A DNA stretch of 48,019 nucleotides from a virus. Its lineage: Duplodnaviria; Caudoviricetes. Location of the stretch: positions 1-48,019 of IMG/VR virus record IMGVR_UViG_3300017909_002469; one strand, 5' to 3'. Shown here piece after piece: positions 1 through 8,855 of the stretch; positions within the stretch are counted from its first letter, which is position 1, and the number at the start of each line of letters is the position of its first letter. Under the pieces are notes generated by a model. The model had not been told where the DNA came from. It saw only the letters and a program-made list of their open reading frames with translations, and ran no database searches. A program made the translations under genes and the position numbers.

Positions 1-1218
1 CTCCGGCTCAGGTACCGGCAATGTCTCCACATCTGCATCATCGCCAGCATAAGGCGTGACCTCAGGGACATTGATTTCTACAGGGGTATCTTGATAAACC
101 TGAGAGCCATCATCAAACTCAGGCTCAACATCGATTCCCAATGCGGCCAATCCTCCTCCTTCGCCGCGTATCGCCGCAAGTAACTCTCCCCAAGAAACTG
201 ATCCTTCGCCGCGCATCTCTGCACGTAACTCTTCGGTATCGAGGGCGTTCGGGTCTGTTATATCTCTCGGTGGGGTTTCAAACTCAGGCTCGACCTCAGG
301 CTCAGCCTCAAGCACCGGCAATGTTTCATCATCTACATCGCTCTCCAAAAAATAATCATCAATTCGGTCGCGAAGTTCCTGAGCTTTATCTAGGTTCTCT
401 TTGATCTGCGCTTCAATCTCTGAGTCCGTCACTGGGGTCTCTTCTGGAGAACTCTCAGCTAATTTTACAGCCTGATCTGCAACGGTAAGTAGCGTATCGT
501 ATATGTCATTAATTCTTGATGGATCTGACGGCTCTATCGCACCGGTTGAGGGATCTGTACGTTCAGCGATAATCTCGTTCAGAGACAGACCACCCATGTC
601 CTTGGTGAATTGATCTATCTGATCGACAGTCCTGCCGCCTAACTCTGTTCTGAGAGATTCAATAACGTCTGGATTATTGGGGTTTAGGCTCACCGATCCA
701 TATAAGGAGTTGTTATTTTTATATGCTTCAACTGCGTTATCTATTCTTGCCTCTTTAGTTAGCCCCTTATCATTTTCATCGAGGATGGTATCGATCTCTG
801 AATCTGTCAACGTATCTTCAACATCTCCCTCATCGAACCCAACATCGAAATCGTCTTCACTGAAATCTATCTCATCACCAACAAAATCATCAATGATGTC
901 ATCTACGATATCGTCAATCTCTGAATCTGTGAGGTCTACCTCGTCACCAACAAACGGATCGTCATCATCATTGTCACCTCTAGAGGACTCATCATCTCCG
1001 CCAGTATCACCTGTGTCACCAGTATCACCGTCATCAAATCCGGTGTCATCATCATCGAAGCGACCACCATCATAGTCATCATAGTCTTCGCTTTTACTGG
1101 CGCCACCGCCGCCACCGCCGCCACCGCCGCCATCATCACCAAAGCAATACATCGTCCTGACAAATAAATCATCAAGTGCGTCAGGACTTAGCGATGGGCA
1201 TATTGATTTAAACTTCAT
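1..1218 (-). CDS. Highly acidic putative virion protein, runs off the window edge (>=406 aa; missing from the ORF track)
   Basis: Manual translation from ATG at 1218 (overlaps the GNAT gene end): MKFKSICPSLSPDALDDLFVRTMYCFGDDGGGGGGGGGGASKSEDYDDYDGGRFDDDD... no stop seen down to position 1; very D/E-rich. Confidence 0.8.
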   Translation of the reverse strand, partial: MKFKSICPSLSPDALDDLFVRTMYCFGDDGGGGGGGGGGASKSEDYDDYDGGRFDDDDTGFDDGDTGDTGDTGGDDESSRGDNDDDDPFVGDEVDLTDSEIDDIVDDIIDDFVGDEIDFSEDDFDVGFDEGDVEDTLTDSEIDTILDENDKGLTKEARIDNAVEAYKNNNSLYGSVSLNPNNPDVIESLRTELGGRTVDQIDQFTKDMGGLSLNEIIAERTDPSTGAIEPSDPSRINDIYDTLLTVADQAVKLAESSPEETPVTDSEIEAQIKENLDKAQELRDRIDDYFLESDVDDETLPVLEAEPEVEPEFETPPRDITDPNALDTEELRAEMRGEGSVSWGELLAAIRGEGGGLAALGIDVEPEFDDGSQVYQDTPVEINVPEVTPYAGDDADVETLPVPEPE

Positions 1219-1678
1219 TGGTCAAGACCTTCTTGTAGTAGATGCCACCTTTCTTAAAACCGATGTGGTTACAAAACCCATCCCACCGATTGAGGTTGTC
1301 ATCAACAAACGATGTAGGAGTGAATGACATCTGGACTACACCGTGACTTACGCACCATTTTTCCCACTCCTTAAAAAAGTTTAACGCAATCCGAGGGGAC
1401 TTGTGCTCTGGAAGCAGAAAAAATAATTCTTCACTGGACAAACTTTGACGTGAGTTCCAAGGCGGATGGTGCTTGCCCGCAACAAAAAACCCTATGACCT
1501 CAGAGTCTTTCTCGCACACCATCCATAGCTTGTTTTTATTCCTAATGCCTTTCAGGGTGTACAGCAGTGCATCCTTGACATTGTAGGTTGTGACATCACC
1601 AAACTGGCTTAGCTTATGAAATAAAAAGGCTATCTTCACAATAGCCCTCGCATCATCCTTGGTAGCCAGTCTAATCAT
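1208..1678 (-). CDS. GNAT-fold acetyltransferase-like protein
   Basis: MIRLATKDD N-terminus, EELFFLLPEHK strand, C-terminal HIGFKK motif; typical of GNAT-like genes in podovirus virion modules. Confidence 0.75.
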   Translation of the reverse strand: MIRLATKDDARAIVKIAFLFHKLSQFGDVTTYNVKDALLYTLKGIRNKNKLWMVCEKDSEVIGFFVAGKHHPPWNSRQSLSSEELFFLLPEHKSPRIALNFFKEWEKWCVSHGVVQMSFTPTSFVDDNLNRWDGFCNHIGFKKGGIYYKKVLTNEV

Positions 1679-1711
1679 TCAGATTCTCATTGCGCCCAAT
1701 AACGCCAGTCA

Positions 1712-2005
1712 TCACCACTTAACTTTATGGGACCAGTACTTTGCGCTGAGTTTGCTGGAGGGTTTTCCTTGGGCGTTGTGCCTTGCATAGTATGACTTTT
1801 TACGTGCCTTATCTTTCGCTGTCTTCGGGCTTTTCCCTGCACCCTTCACCCCCTGTTGACCGAAGCGGACAAGCTTATACTTGTCCCCTTCTTTTGCCAT
1901 GACCACATGAGACTTAGTTTTATGACTCGGGGTCTTCTTGGGCTTATTTACGCCGCTCAGCCCAAGCTCCTTCATCTTACTCTTTACTCTTTCTGGAGTG
2001 GCCAC
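1712..2005 (-). CDS. Small highly basic phage protein
   Basis: GTG start at 2005 after AGGAGG; K/R-rich, with KLVRFGQQG and SAKYWSHKVKW motifs I associate with marine phage structural modules. Confidence 0.7.
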   Translation of the reverse strand: MATPERVKSKMKELGLSGVNKPKKTPSHKTKSHVVMAKEGDKYKLVRFGQQGVKGAGKSPKTAKDKARKKSYYARHNAQGKPSSKLSAKYWSHKVKW

Positions 2006-2013
2006 AATACCTC

Positions 2014-2292
2014 CTACGATAGAAAGAATGTAACGGAATCGCAAGCCGTTAGATCAAGATATACATCTGTCTCAAACAATATTCCATTGTCAGGGATGTT
2101 TACCGTGATCACATCGGATGTTGTAAACGCCATAGAGAGCCGGGTTGTCCCGCTGGCACCGCCATCTTTGACGACAATAGCAGGACTCCCAGAGCTCGCT
2201 GTCGTGGCAACGATCTGACGTACTCGCGATCTCTGCCCAAATATTGTGCCGTCACTTGTTCGAGTAACTGCAAATGTATCAGACATTGCCAT
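2014..2292 (-). CDS. Small putative virion structural protein
   Basis: 92-aa beta-rich ORF in the capsid operon (IPDNGILFETDVY motif). Confidence 0.6.
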   Translation of the reverse strand: MAMSDTFAVTRTSDGTIFGQRSRVRQIVATTASSGSPAIVVKDGGASGTTRLSMAFTTSDVITVNIPDNGILFETDVYLDLTACDSVTFFLS

Positions 2293-2302
2293 GATCTACC
2301 CC

Positions 2303-2701
2303 TTACGCAATCGTAGCGCCGTTGTTTCCGACAACCACCCAGCCTGCTGAACCATAAACAAGCACAACACCATCTCCAACGTCATTGAACGTGATGGTTG
2401 TACCGCCAGCAAGAGTTGTTGGAGTAAGAGTTCCATCACCACCGTCAGTGACCATTGTGATGATCTTAACCTGACCTGTCGCGCCATTAGCTAGCGTGAG
2501 CGCGTCAGCCCCTGTGGTGGTCACCTCTGTGATCAGGTCAGTGATGTTTACTGCACCAGCGCCAGACAGTGACTGAACACTACCTGTGATGATATCTGAA
2601 TATGTGGTACCCGTAGTAAACGCTCCTGTCGTTGCGTTCTTTGTCACAGATACGAATCCGTTTTCGGAGCGGACCGCCCCATTAAAAGTTGTATTAGCCA
2701 T
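2303..2701 (-). CDS. Putative head decoration/fiber protein
   Basis: T/G/A-rich 132-aa ORF directly after the major capsid gene; RBS AGGAG; MANTTFNGAVRSENGF N-terminus. Confidence 0.6.
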   Translation of the reverse strand: MANTTFNGAVRSENGFVSVTKNATTGAFTTGTTYSDIITGSVQSLSGAGAVNITDLITEVTTTGADALTLANGATGQVKIITMVTDGGDGTLTPTTLAGGTTITFNDVGDGVVLVYGSAGWVVVGNNGATIA

Positions 2702-2727
2702 GAAAATCTCCTGTCTTGGCCAGTGTC

Positions 2728-2749
2728 AAAAAGTGCACATGCACCTTTT
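2728..2749. repeat. Dispersed 22-bp palindrome copy 1 (AAAAAGTGCACATGCACCTTTT)
   Basis: Matches consensus AAAAAGTGCA-NN-TG(C/A)ACTTTTT. Confidence 0.9.
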
Positions 2750-2758
2750 GTCAGGATG

Positions 2759-2786
2759 AAAAAAGGGAGGCCGAAGCCTCCCCTTT
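2759..2786 (-). terminator. Intrinsic terminator after major capsid gene
   Basis: Minus strand GGGAGGC-TTCG-GCCTCCC followed by TTTTTT. Confidence 0.85.
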
Positions 2787-2810
2787 ATTGTATCAGGAAA
2801 AGATTCCTGA

Positions 2811-3719
2811 TTAAGACGCACCGGGCGATCCGAAGATTCCTAGTGGGTCTGAAACACCGAAGCTGTAACGCTCGCGAGCTTTGTAGCGAACATTGCCAGT
2901 ATCGAAGTCACCGTCCATAGACGTTTGCATTGGAGTACGCTCGAAGTGCTTCATTCCGTTAGGAACGTCTGTCACTAAGAAGAAGGCATCGTTGTCAGTC
3001 AGGTAGTGATTGACGCGATATCCCTCTGGGATAGACCCGTTGTTACGCAATGCGTTTGTGTCGTTGTCGGCTGTTCCGGTACGCAGTTCTGATTCGAGCA
3101 AACGAGTTGCAACGAACATCAATGCAGGTGGAACAATCAGCTTACGAGGACGTGCCGCGATCAGAAGACCACGCTCATCCGTGAAAGCCGCGATGTCGAT
3201 CACAGCCTGCTCAAGAGAAGTCTCATTGAGGTCAGAGTCTGTAGAAAGACGGTTACGGTTGTTACCGCCAGCAACAGTTGGGTGCGCTGTGTTGAACAGG
3301 GTTACGCCATCCCCAGATTGGAATGTGTCGAAACCTGTGTTCAGCAGAGAAGCCGCTTTTGTTTGCTTGGTGTAAGCCATTGCGCGAGCAAGTGCTTTTG
3401 TGTACCGAGCAGACAGAGCGTCATACAGGTTATCTTCCATTGCCTCTTCAGTAATGGAGAAACCCATCGCAACTGTTTCGTGGTTGTAACGAGCAGTGAA
3501 AGACTCCTGAGCATTGTCGTAGGAAATCGCACTTCCCTCTGGCTTGACCGGTGCGGCACCGAAGCCTGAGAGCTTAACTTCTTCCTCGAAAGAACGCTCT
3601 GAACTTTCTGTTTCATAGATCTCTGCATGTTCGTCTTCATACTTGTCGTACTCAAGACCGAACAATGCATTAAGGCCCGGTAATAACTCCTTGAGGAGTT
3701 GGGCGCGAGTAATAGCCAT
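2811..3719 (-). CDS. Major capsid protein (HK97 fold, Mu gpT-like family)
   Basis: MAITRAQLLKELLPGLNALFGLEY N-terminus and DFDTGNVRYKARERYSFG C-terminus; lies downstream of portal/scaffold and is followed by a terminator. Confidence 0.9.
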   Translation of the reverse strand: MAITRAQLLKELLPGLNALFGLEYDKYEDEHAEIYETESSERSFEEEVKLSGFGAAPVKPEGSAISYDNAQESFTARYNHETVAMGFSITEEAMEDNLYDALSARYTKALARAMAYTKQTKAASLLNTGFDTFQSGDGVTLFNTAHPTVAGGNNRNRLSTDSDLNETSLEQAVIDIAAFTDERGLLIAARPRKLIVPPALMFVATRLLESELRTGTADNDTNALRNNGSIPEGYRVNHYLTDNDAFFLVTDVPNGMKHFERTPMQTSMDGDFDTGNVRYKARERYSFGVSDPLGIFGSPGAS

Positions 3720-3731
3720 CGTTCAATCTCC

Positions 3732-4334
3732 TTATGCAGAACCAGTAGTGGATGTGTGCTGATGATAGTTGAACTTACACACCAGTATTGGGTATGTAGT
3801 GCCCTTCTCATCACCTTGATCCCCACCCAGATAATCGATAACCCGAATTGGGTTCTGAGCATCTGTGCTCAACTCTGAGATGTCTAACGCTACGCGAGAT
3901 ACCTTCAGGGTTGTATTCGGTGCAGTCTGCACAAGCAAGGTATTCTTACCGTAAATATCTCCAGTATTCGTTGGAGCGGCATCCGCCTGAATCGCAAACA
4001 ACACGTTAGGGTCATCAACAACATAAGCCATTGCATCTGAAGCAACAGTGCTTGCAGGCCACAACTGACTGAACGTCATTTGATTTGTGTTGGGATCAGT
4101 GTACTTACAGCCCAAGAAGATACCTACCATATCAATTTCGGTAGAGTCATCTCCTGTACCTGACTGTTTTTCGATAGTTGTGGCGGTTCCGCCATCAACC
4201 AGTTGCACGATATCGCCCATTGCAATATTCGTGCCGTACCCAGAAGCAATAGGATACTGGCGGAAAACCTCCAGTGACCCACTGTCTAGGCGACCAATCG
4301 GGCGTAACCCGAAGGGTGCGGCTGTTGCAGACAT
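3732..4334 (-). CDS. Capsid-associated (decoration/stabilising) protein
   Basis: 200 aa, APFGLRP motif, immediately upstream of the major capsid gene. Confidence 0.65.
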   Translation of the reverse strand: MSATAAPFGLRPIGRLDSGSLEVFRQYPIASGYGTNIAMGDIVQLVDGGTATTIEKQSGTGDDSTEIDMVGIFLGCKYTDPNTNQMTFSQLWPASTVASDAMAYVVDDPNVLFAIQADAAPTNTGDIYGKNTLLVQTAPNTTLKVSRVALDISELSTDAQNPIRVIDYLGGDQGDEKGTTYPILVCKFNYHQHTSTTGSA

Positions 4335-4381
4335 TTGTCTATCTCCTTACATATGTCTATCAGAAGCGACACCCCAACTAA

Positions 4382-4834
4382 CTAGGAGTTGCCGCTCCCA
4401 AAACTTACTTTGGTTCTTTTTTCAGGGCGTAAGAGAGGCATCCTTGGATCGTTCTCTCTCATAAAGTTGTTATCCACAGACTCTATTTGCCGTTGATTCA
4501 TTTCCGCGTAGTATTCCTGACGGGCTTCTACGTTTTCTTTGCTGTTTTTACACAGTAATAGGCCACCTACTTCGACATTCCCCTCGAAGCGAGAATCAAT
4601 ATCTGACTGCACCATTAGCTCGGGATGATCTTCAGCGCGGACGGGTTCCCACCCTTCACGAAATTTTGCCGAGACATTAGTATTATCAGCCTGTCCTAAA
4701 ATCGATGTGCGTACCCACCGGTACGAATATCCATCCTCACCATCTGGAGTAGGAATTCGGGATGCTGGAGCCCAAGCTTTTTTGCGCTCAGTTTTTTCGC
4801 GGGTCTGAGATTCCCTGCTTGCTCGTGTGCTCAT
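4382..4834 (-). CDS. Conserved head-module protein
   Basis: YRWVR...REGWEPV...GGLLLC motif; lies between scaffold and capsid genes. Confidence 0.65.
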   Translation of the reverse strand: MSTRASRESQTREKTERKKAWAPASRIPTPDGEDGYSYRWVRTSILGQADNTNVSAKFREGWEPVRAEDHPELMVQSDIDSRFEGNVEVGGLLLCKNSKENVEARQEYYAEMNQRQIESVDNNFMRENDPRMPLLRPEKRTKVSFGSGNS

Positions 4835-5736
4835 GCTTGCATTTCCTTCAAAAGTTGCGCGGCATATTTTTCTGGCGTAAGCCCAAGTCTTTTCGCGATA
4901 TCGACTTGTGTCTTGGTCAACTTTACTTGGCGTGACGATTTCGCTGTTCTTGTAGCGGGGGACACCACGGAGCCCTGTTGCCTTTGTTGTCCAAACTTTG
5001 ACGGGAATGCTTCACGCATTCTCGCATCTATTTCTTGATAGTAGTCGTCAGTGTTTGGGCTGACCCCCCTATCGATTAATTCCTCATGAACCCCATAGGC
5101 ATATCCTGTCATTGCCTTGTCTTTTAGAAACCAAGGGTTCTTTTCGGACCATTCTACAGCCTTTTGGTCTATCTGCGTTGGTTGTGTTTGTGCTGATTCG
5201 TACTGCTTTGTATTGAACTCTGCCGGTGTTTGCTGTTTTTTAACCTTTGGTTTGTAGTTCGCGTAACGAACCTTCTCATTTGCAAGAACTGCCATCTGCT
5301 CACTAGCTGACGTTATTGCTTCAGCATCACCTGACTCATACGCTTCTTTATAAGCTTGCTTTGCTTTTTCAAGCTGAGCCTCAATCCGCTGTTGTGCCTG
5401 ACCAACCAGAGCACCCTCACCCTTAGAGAGAGTGTTCTTCAGTTTTTGATTCTCCTCGTAGAGTTTCTTCATGTCCTCCACGGCTTGATTCCTGAATCGC
5501 TCAGCCTCTTCTTTTGCTCTGCGCTCCTCATGATATTCAAACTTCAGTTTCTTAATTCTGCTCTGAACATTGTCGGAGTAGTTGGCTATCTCATCATCAG
5601 ATGGAATCTCTGCTTCCGCACCCTCAGCTCTTCGCGGTCTGTTCCTATCTTCCTCTGGAGTGTCATCAACGATTTCGATTTCGACTTCGTCAGTGGCCCC
5701 TTCGATCTCTACTTCAATTTCGTTTTCTTCGCTCAT
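4831..5736 (-). CDS. Putative capsid scaffolding protein
   Basis: Acidic N-terminus, coiled coil, WSEKNPWF, C-terminal IAKRLGLTPEKYA; position between portal and capsid genes. Confidence 0.7.
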   Translation of the reverse strand: MSEENEIEVEIEGATDEVEIEIVDDTPEEDRNRPRRAEGAEAEIPSDDEIANYSDNVQSRIKKLKFEYHEERRAKEEAERFRNQAVEDMKKLYEENQKLKNTLSKGEGALVGQAQQRIEAQLEKAKQAYKEAYESGDAEAITSASEQMAVLANEKVRYANYKPKVKKQQTPAEFNTKQYESAQTQPTQIDQKAVEWSEKNPWFLKDKAMTGYAYGVHEELIDRGVSPNTDDYYQEIDARMREAFPSKFGQQRQQGSVVSPATRTAKSSRQVKLTKTQVDIAKRLGLTPEKYAAQLLKEMQA

Positions 5737-6101
5737 GCTCTTTCAACGCTCCTTGGGTCGTTCACTGTTGCCTCAACAGTGTCATCATTAATTAAACGGA
5801 ACTCTTGCCCCTTAACCTTGATACGTGTACCTGAATATGATCTGAATATAATCCACTCTCCACGCTGACAATATGGACCTGACGGGAACTTATCTAGATC
5901 GGTGTAGCACTCATCACCCATGTCTATGACCATGCCGATGATTGATGCAGTGGATTCTTTTTTACGAAGCTCTTCAGCGATTATGATACCGCCTTCTGTT
6001 GTCTCTTCGATTTCTGGGCAGGCTACAAGGATCTTGTATCCCTTTGGAGCGGGTAATAAATTAGCTATCTCTTCACTAAGAGAGAATTCTTTTACTTGCA
6101 T
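5733..6101 (-). CDS. groES: Co-chaperonin GroES (Cpn10)-like protein
   Basis: PKGYKILV...EETTEGGIII mobile loop, YSGTRIKVKGQEFRLINDD; ATG at 6101 after AAAGGA is more likely than the track start at 6161. Confidence 0.85.
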   Translation of the reverse strand: MQVKEFSLSEEIANLLPAPKGYKILVACPEIEETTEGGIIIAEELRKKESTASIIGMVIDMGDECYTDLDKFPSGPYCQRGEWIIFRSYSGTRIKVKGQEFRLINDDTVEATVNDPRSVERA

Positions 6102-6167
6102 TTGGTTTCCTTTGCTTACGATTAAGGCCCGTAGTGCCTGCGCCATAGTGGCGTAAACCAATACCTG

Positions 6168-6176
6168 ATTATATCA
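6168..6176 (-). promoter_or_regulatory. Extended -10 promoter (TG-A-TATAAT) upstream of groES/head operon
   Basis: Minus strand TTGATATAAT about 65 nt upstream of the groES start. Confidence 0.55.
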
Positions 6177-6184
6177 ATACGTAT

Positions 6185-6367
6185 TCACGCTTTTTCAATT
6201 TTTTCCTTGAGATCGATAATGTCTCTCTCAATGGTCGCGAACGCCTTGATCATTCCGCACATGTAGTTGTACTGCGAGTGATCCTCACAGCCACCGCCTG
6301 CCATGTGATCTGCGGTGTCATTCATGTATCCTCGGATCTTGTCTTGAATGTAGTCAAGCTCTGTCAT
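6185..6367 (-). CDS. Small conserved head-module protein
   Basis: 60-aa ORF between portal and groES with GGCEDHSQYNYMCG motif; RBS GGGGG. Confidence 0.7.
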   Translation of the reverse strand: MTELDYIQDKIRGYMNDTADHMAGGGCEDHSQYNYMCGMIKAFATIERDIIDLKEKIEKA

Positions 6368-6377
6368 CTAGCCCCCT

Positions 6378-6399
6378 AAAAAGTGCATATGAACTTTTT
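6378..6399. repeat. Dispersed palindrome copy 2 (AAAAAGTGCATATGAACTTTTT)
   Basis: Consensus match directly after the portal stop codon. Confidence 0.9.
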
Positions 6400-8855
6400 C
6401 AGGAGTTATTGTCTGCAATTGACTTTGCTATTTCAACACCTAATTTTGCGCCCTCAAGCTGGTCTTTGCGTTCAAGCTTATCCTTTTCAGTCGCGATCTT
6501 AACACCAAGCCTTGCACCTTCTTGTCTTTCTTGCGAGTCGATACGCTCTCTTTCCGTCTCAATGGTAGCTTGCTTGGACTGTTTATCCAGCTCAAGCTTG
6601 GCCATGTCAACTTCCCTCTTATGTTGAAACTCTGCTTCTTCGAGGGCAATCTTTCTTTGCTGTATCTGCGTGAGCGGGTCCTGCGCTTGTTGTTGAGCTT
6701 GCGCCGCTTGAGCCTCTGCCTGATCTTTCTGTAATAGTTTTGATGCGGCTTTAGCGACTGTTCCGGCAAGATCATACTCAACATCCTCTGGGATAGGTGC
6801 GTCTGGGTCAGGGAGAGGAGCGCCCAACTGTTCCTCGATCTCTTTTCGATACTGATGCGCTACGTGCTCCGTGATGTGCTCTATCATAGCGCCCTGAATA
6901 GCGGATGCAAACGGACTCTGTCCGACCATCTCTTTAATCTTCGGATCATTCATCAACGCCATATGGACCTGTATGTGGGCCTCATGATCTTGGTACGCAA
7001 ACGCCTTGACTGACTCCTGTTGTAGGATTCTTTGATTCTCTGTCACAGGATCTGTTGGCTGGATCTCATCGTCTAACTTAACTATCTTCTCTGCGTTCTG
7101 TATGCCAAGAACGTCAAGCATTTGACGGTGCAACTGACCTAAATCGTAAATCTGTGGCGCCTGCTGTGCTAATTGCAATGCGGCCTGATACTGCATGACT
7201 CTTTGGGACATGGTTGCCGCATTAGGGTCAGAAACAGGAAGAACATCAACACGTCCATCGAAATCATCAATCCTGTTGAACTTACCGTTCAGCTCATAGT
7301 CATACTGGGCAGGCATGTAGTCATGGATCACACGAGACAGGATTCTCAGTTCGTTACGCATAGACGAATGCATACGGGCCTGCACACCAGACATTACTTT
7401 CATGTTCCGCTCAAGCAACGCGAGAGTGGTACCGACTGGGGCATTGGGGTTCGAGGAGGCTATGTCTAGATCTGCTACAGAGCCAACACGTCTACCCTCC
7501 TCAACGATATTGCCAAGCAGGTTGTATAGAACGCCAGAAGGTTCTTTGTATGGCAATGGGTAGATGTTGTCTCTTATCGCGCCGCCGGGGATATCAACGT
7601 CTCTGAACTCACCGGGCATCAGAGGAGAGTCATCACCCTTGATACGCAAACCTCTGGCTTTTAGTCCAGCAGGGAGATTAGCCAAAGTTCCCGCATCAAC
7701 AAGCTGACGCAGTATCGATGTTGCCGACTTTGCTAGGCCACCAATAAGATGAATAAGCCCAGTCCCGTAGAACCCAAGTCCGGGCAAATAGCGATAGTGC
7801 ACAAAGTGTTGAAGCTTTTTCTTTTTGCTATCGTCCTCATACCAGTTCTTCCTGATTGAGAGAACTGTTCTTGAAGATTTATCAATCGTGACAACATACG
7901 GTCTTGCAATCCCATCTGGGTCTGCGAACTCGCCCGGAAGATCAAGATCGGTATGGATCTCAAGGATTGTGTATCTGTCATCATCTTCAATAGAGTACGC
8001 AGATTCACCATCAAGCTCATCGTACTTCTCCTCGATGTCAGAGATCTCTGGCGCTGGGTCAGGGAGATCAACATCTTTGTAGAAACCAGACACCATCAAC
8101 TTGAGAACATCGTTCGCTGACTTCTTCATCACATGCGTGTAACGCATGGCTGTGTCTAAATCAGCCGCACCGTAAGAAACAACAAAGTCCTCTGCTGGGA
8201 CAAACATTGCTACCGGACGCTCAAGCATTGGGTCATAGTATATTTTTTTGAAGGCAGAACCTGCCAAGGGTAGTTTGAACAGCATCTGCTCAAACTCATC
8301 ACGGTACTCAGTCATCACCTCTGTTGTGAGGTAATTCATTTCGTTCTCTACGCGAACAGCCTGCTTGGCTTTGTCGGAATCCATAGCTCCGACAATGTTT
8401 GTCCTGACAGGTCCTGACGCTGGGAATATTTCTGTGATGGCTTGCGCCTGAAAACGAATCACAGACTCAGTAAGTAACGGGTGAAAAACACCGCAGGCTC
8501 CCGGCCACGGTTGATCTCTTTCTTCTATCTTGAGACCCATGAGGTCAAGACCTTTCACATAAGACTTAGCCCAGTCAGATCTCGACTGACGGTCACTGTG
8601 AAACTGGTGTACTAGCTCAGAGCCAAGGCTTTCTAGATCCGCATCATCCATAAACTCTGCAATGTTTGACATATGATCTGGACCGATAATGTCTTCCTGC
8701 ATGTTAGGATCTAGGACGATAGTCATACCCCCATCTTCATCCTCTATTGAGACAGCATCAGGGTTTATTATTTCAACCTCTACCTGCTCTTCTGATTCGT
8801 TGCCAGACATAATCTCGACAACATTAGATGGGATCATTGGTTTTTCAATAGCCAT
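6399..8855 (-). CDS. Portal protein
   Basis: 818 aa directly after terL; PWPGACGV, GSAFKKIYYD and YLPGLGFYG motifs; long helical C-terminus (P22-like barrel). Confidence 0.85.
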   Translation of the reverse strand: MAIEKPMIPSNVVEIMSGNESEEQVEVEIINPDAVSIEDEDGGMTIVLDPNMQEDIIGPDHMSNIAEFMDDADLESLGSELVHQFHSDRQSRSDWAKSYVKGLDLMGLKIEERDQPWPGACGVFHPLLTESVIRFQAQAITEIFPASGPVRTNIVGAMDSDKAKQAVRVENEMNYLTTEVMTEYRDEFEQMLFKLPLAGSAFKKIYYDPMLERPVAMFVPAEDFVVSYGAADLDTAMRYTHVMKKSANDVLKLMVSGFYKDVDLPDPAPEISDIEEKYDELDGESAYSIEDDDRYTILEIHTDLDLPGEFADPDGIARPYVVTIDKSSRTVLSIRKNWYEDDSKKKKLQHFVHYRYLPGLGFYGTGLIHLIGGLAKSATSILRQLVDAGTLANLPAGLKARGLRIKGDDSPLMPGEFRDVDIPGGAIRDNIYPLPYKEPSGVLYNLLGNIVEEGRRVGSVADLDIASSNPNAPVGTTLALLERNMKVMSGVQARMHSSMRNELRILSRVIHDYMPAQYDYELNGKFNRIDDFDGRVDVLPVSDPNAATMSQRVMQYQAALQLAQQAPQIYDLGQLHRQMLDVLGIQNAEKIVKLDDEIQPTDPVTENQRILQQESVKAFAYQDHEAHIQVHMALMNDPKIKEMVGQSPFASAIQGAMIEHITEHVAHQYRKEIEEQLGAPLPDPDAPIPEDVEYDLAGTVAKAASKLLQKDQAEAQAAQAQQQAQDPLTQIQQRKIALEEAEFQHKREVDMAKLELDKQSKQATIETERERIDSQERQEGARLGVKIATEKDKLERKDQLEGAKLGVEIAKSIADNNS

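Noticed and set aside
141-1175. Track ORFs 141-404, 677-1075 and 936-1175
   Set aside because: Shadow frames of the acidic minus-strand ORF starting at 1218.
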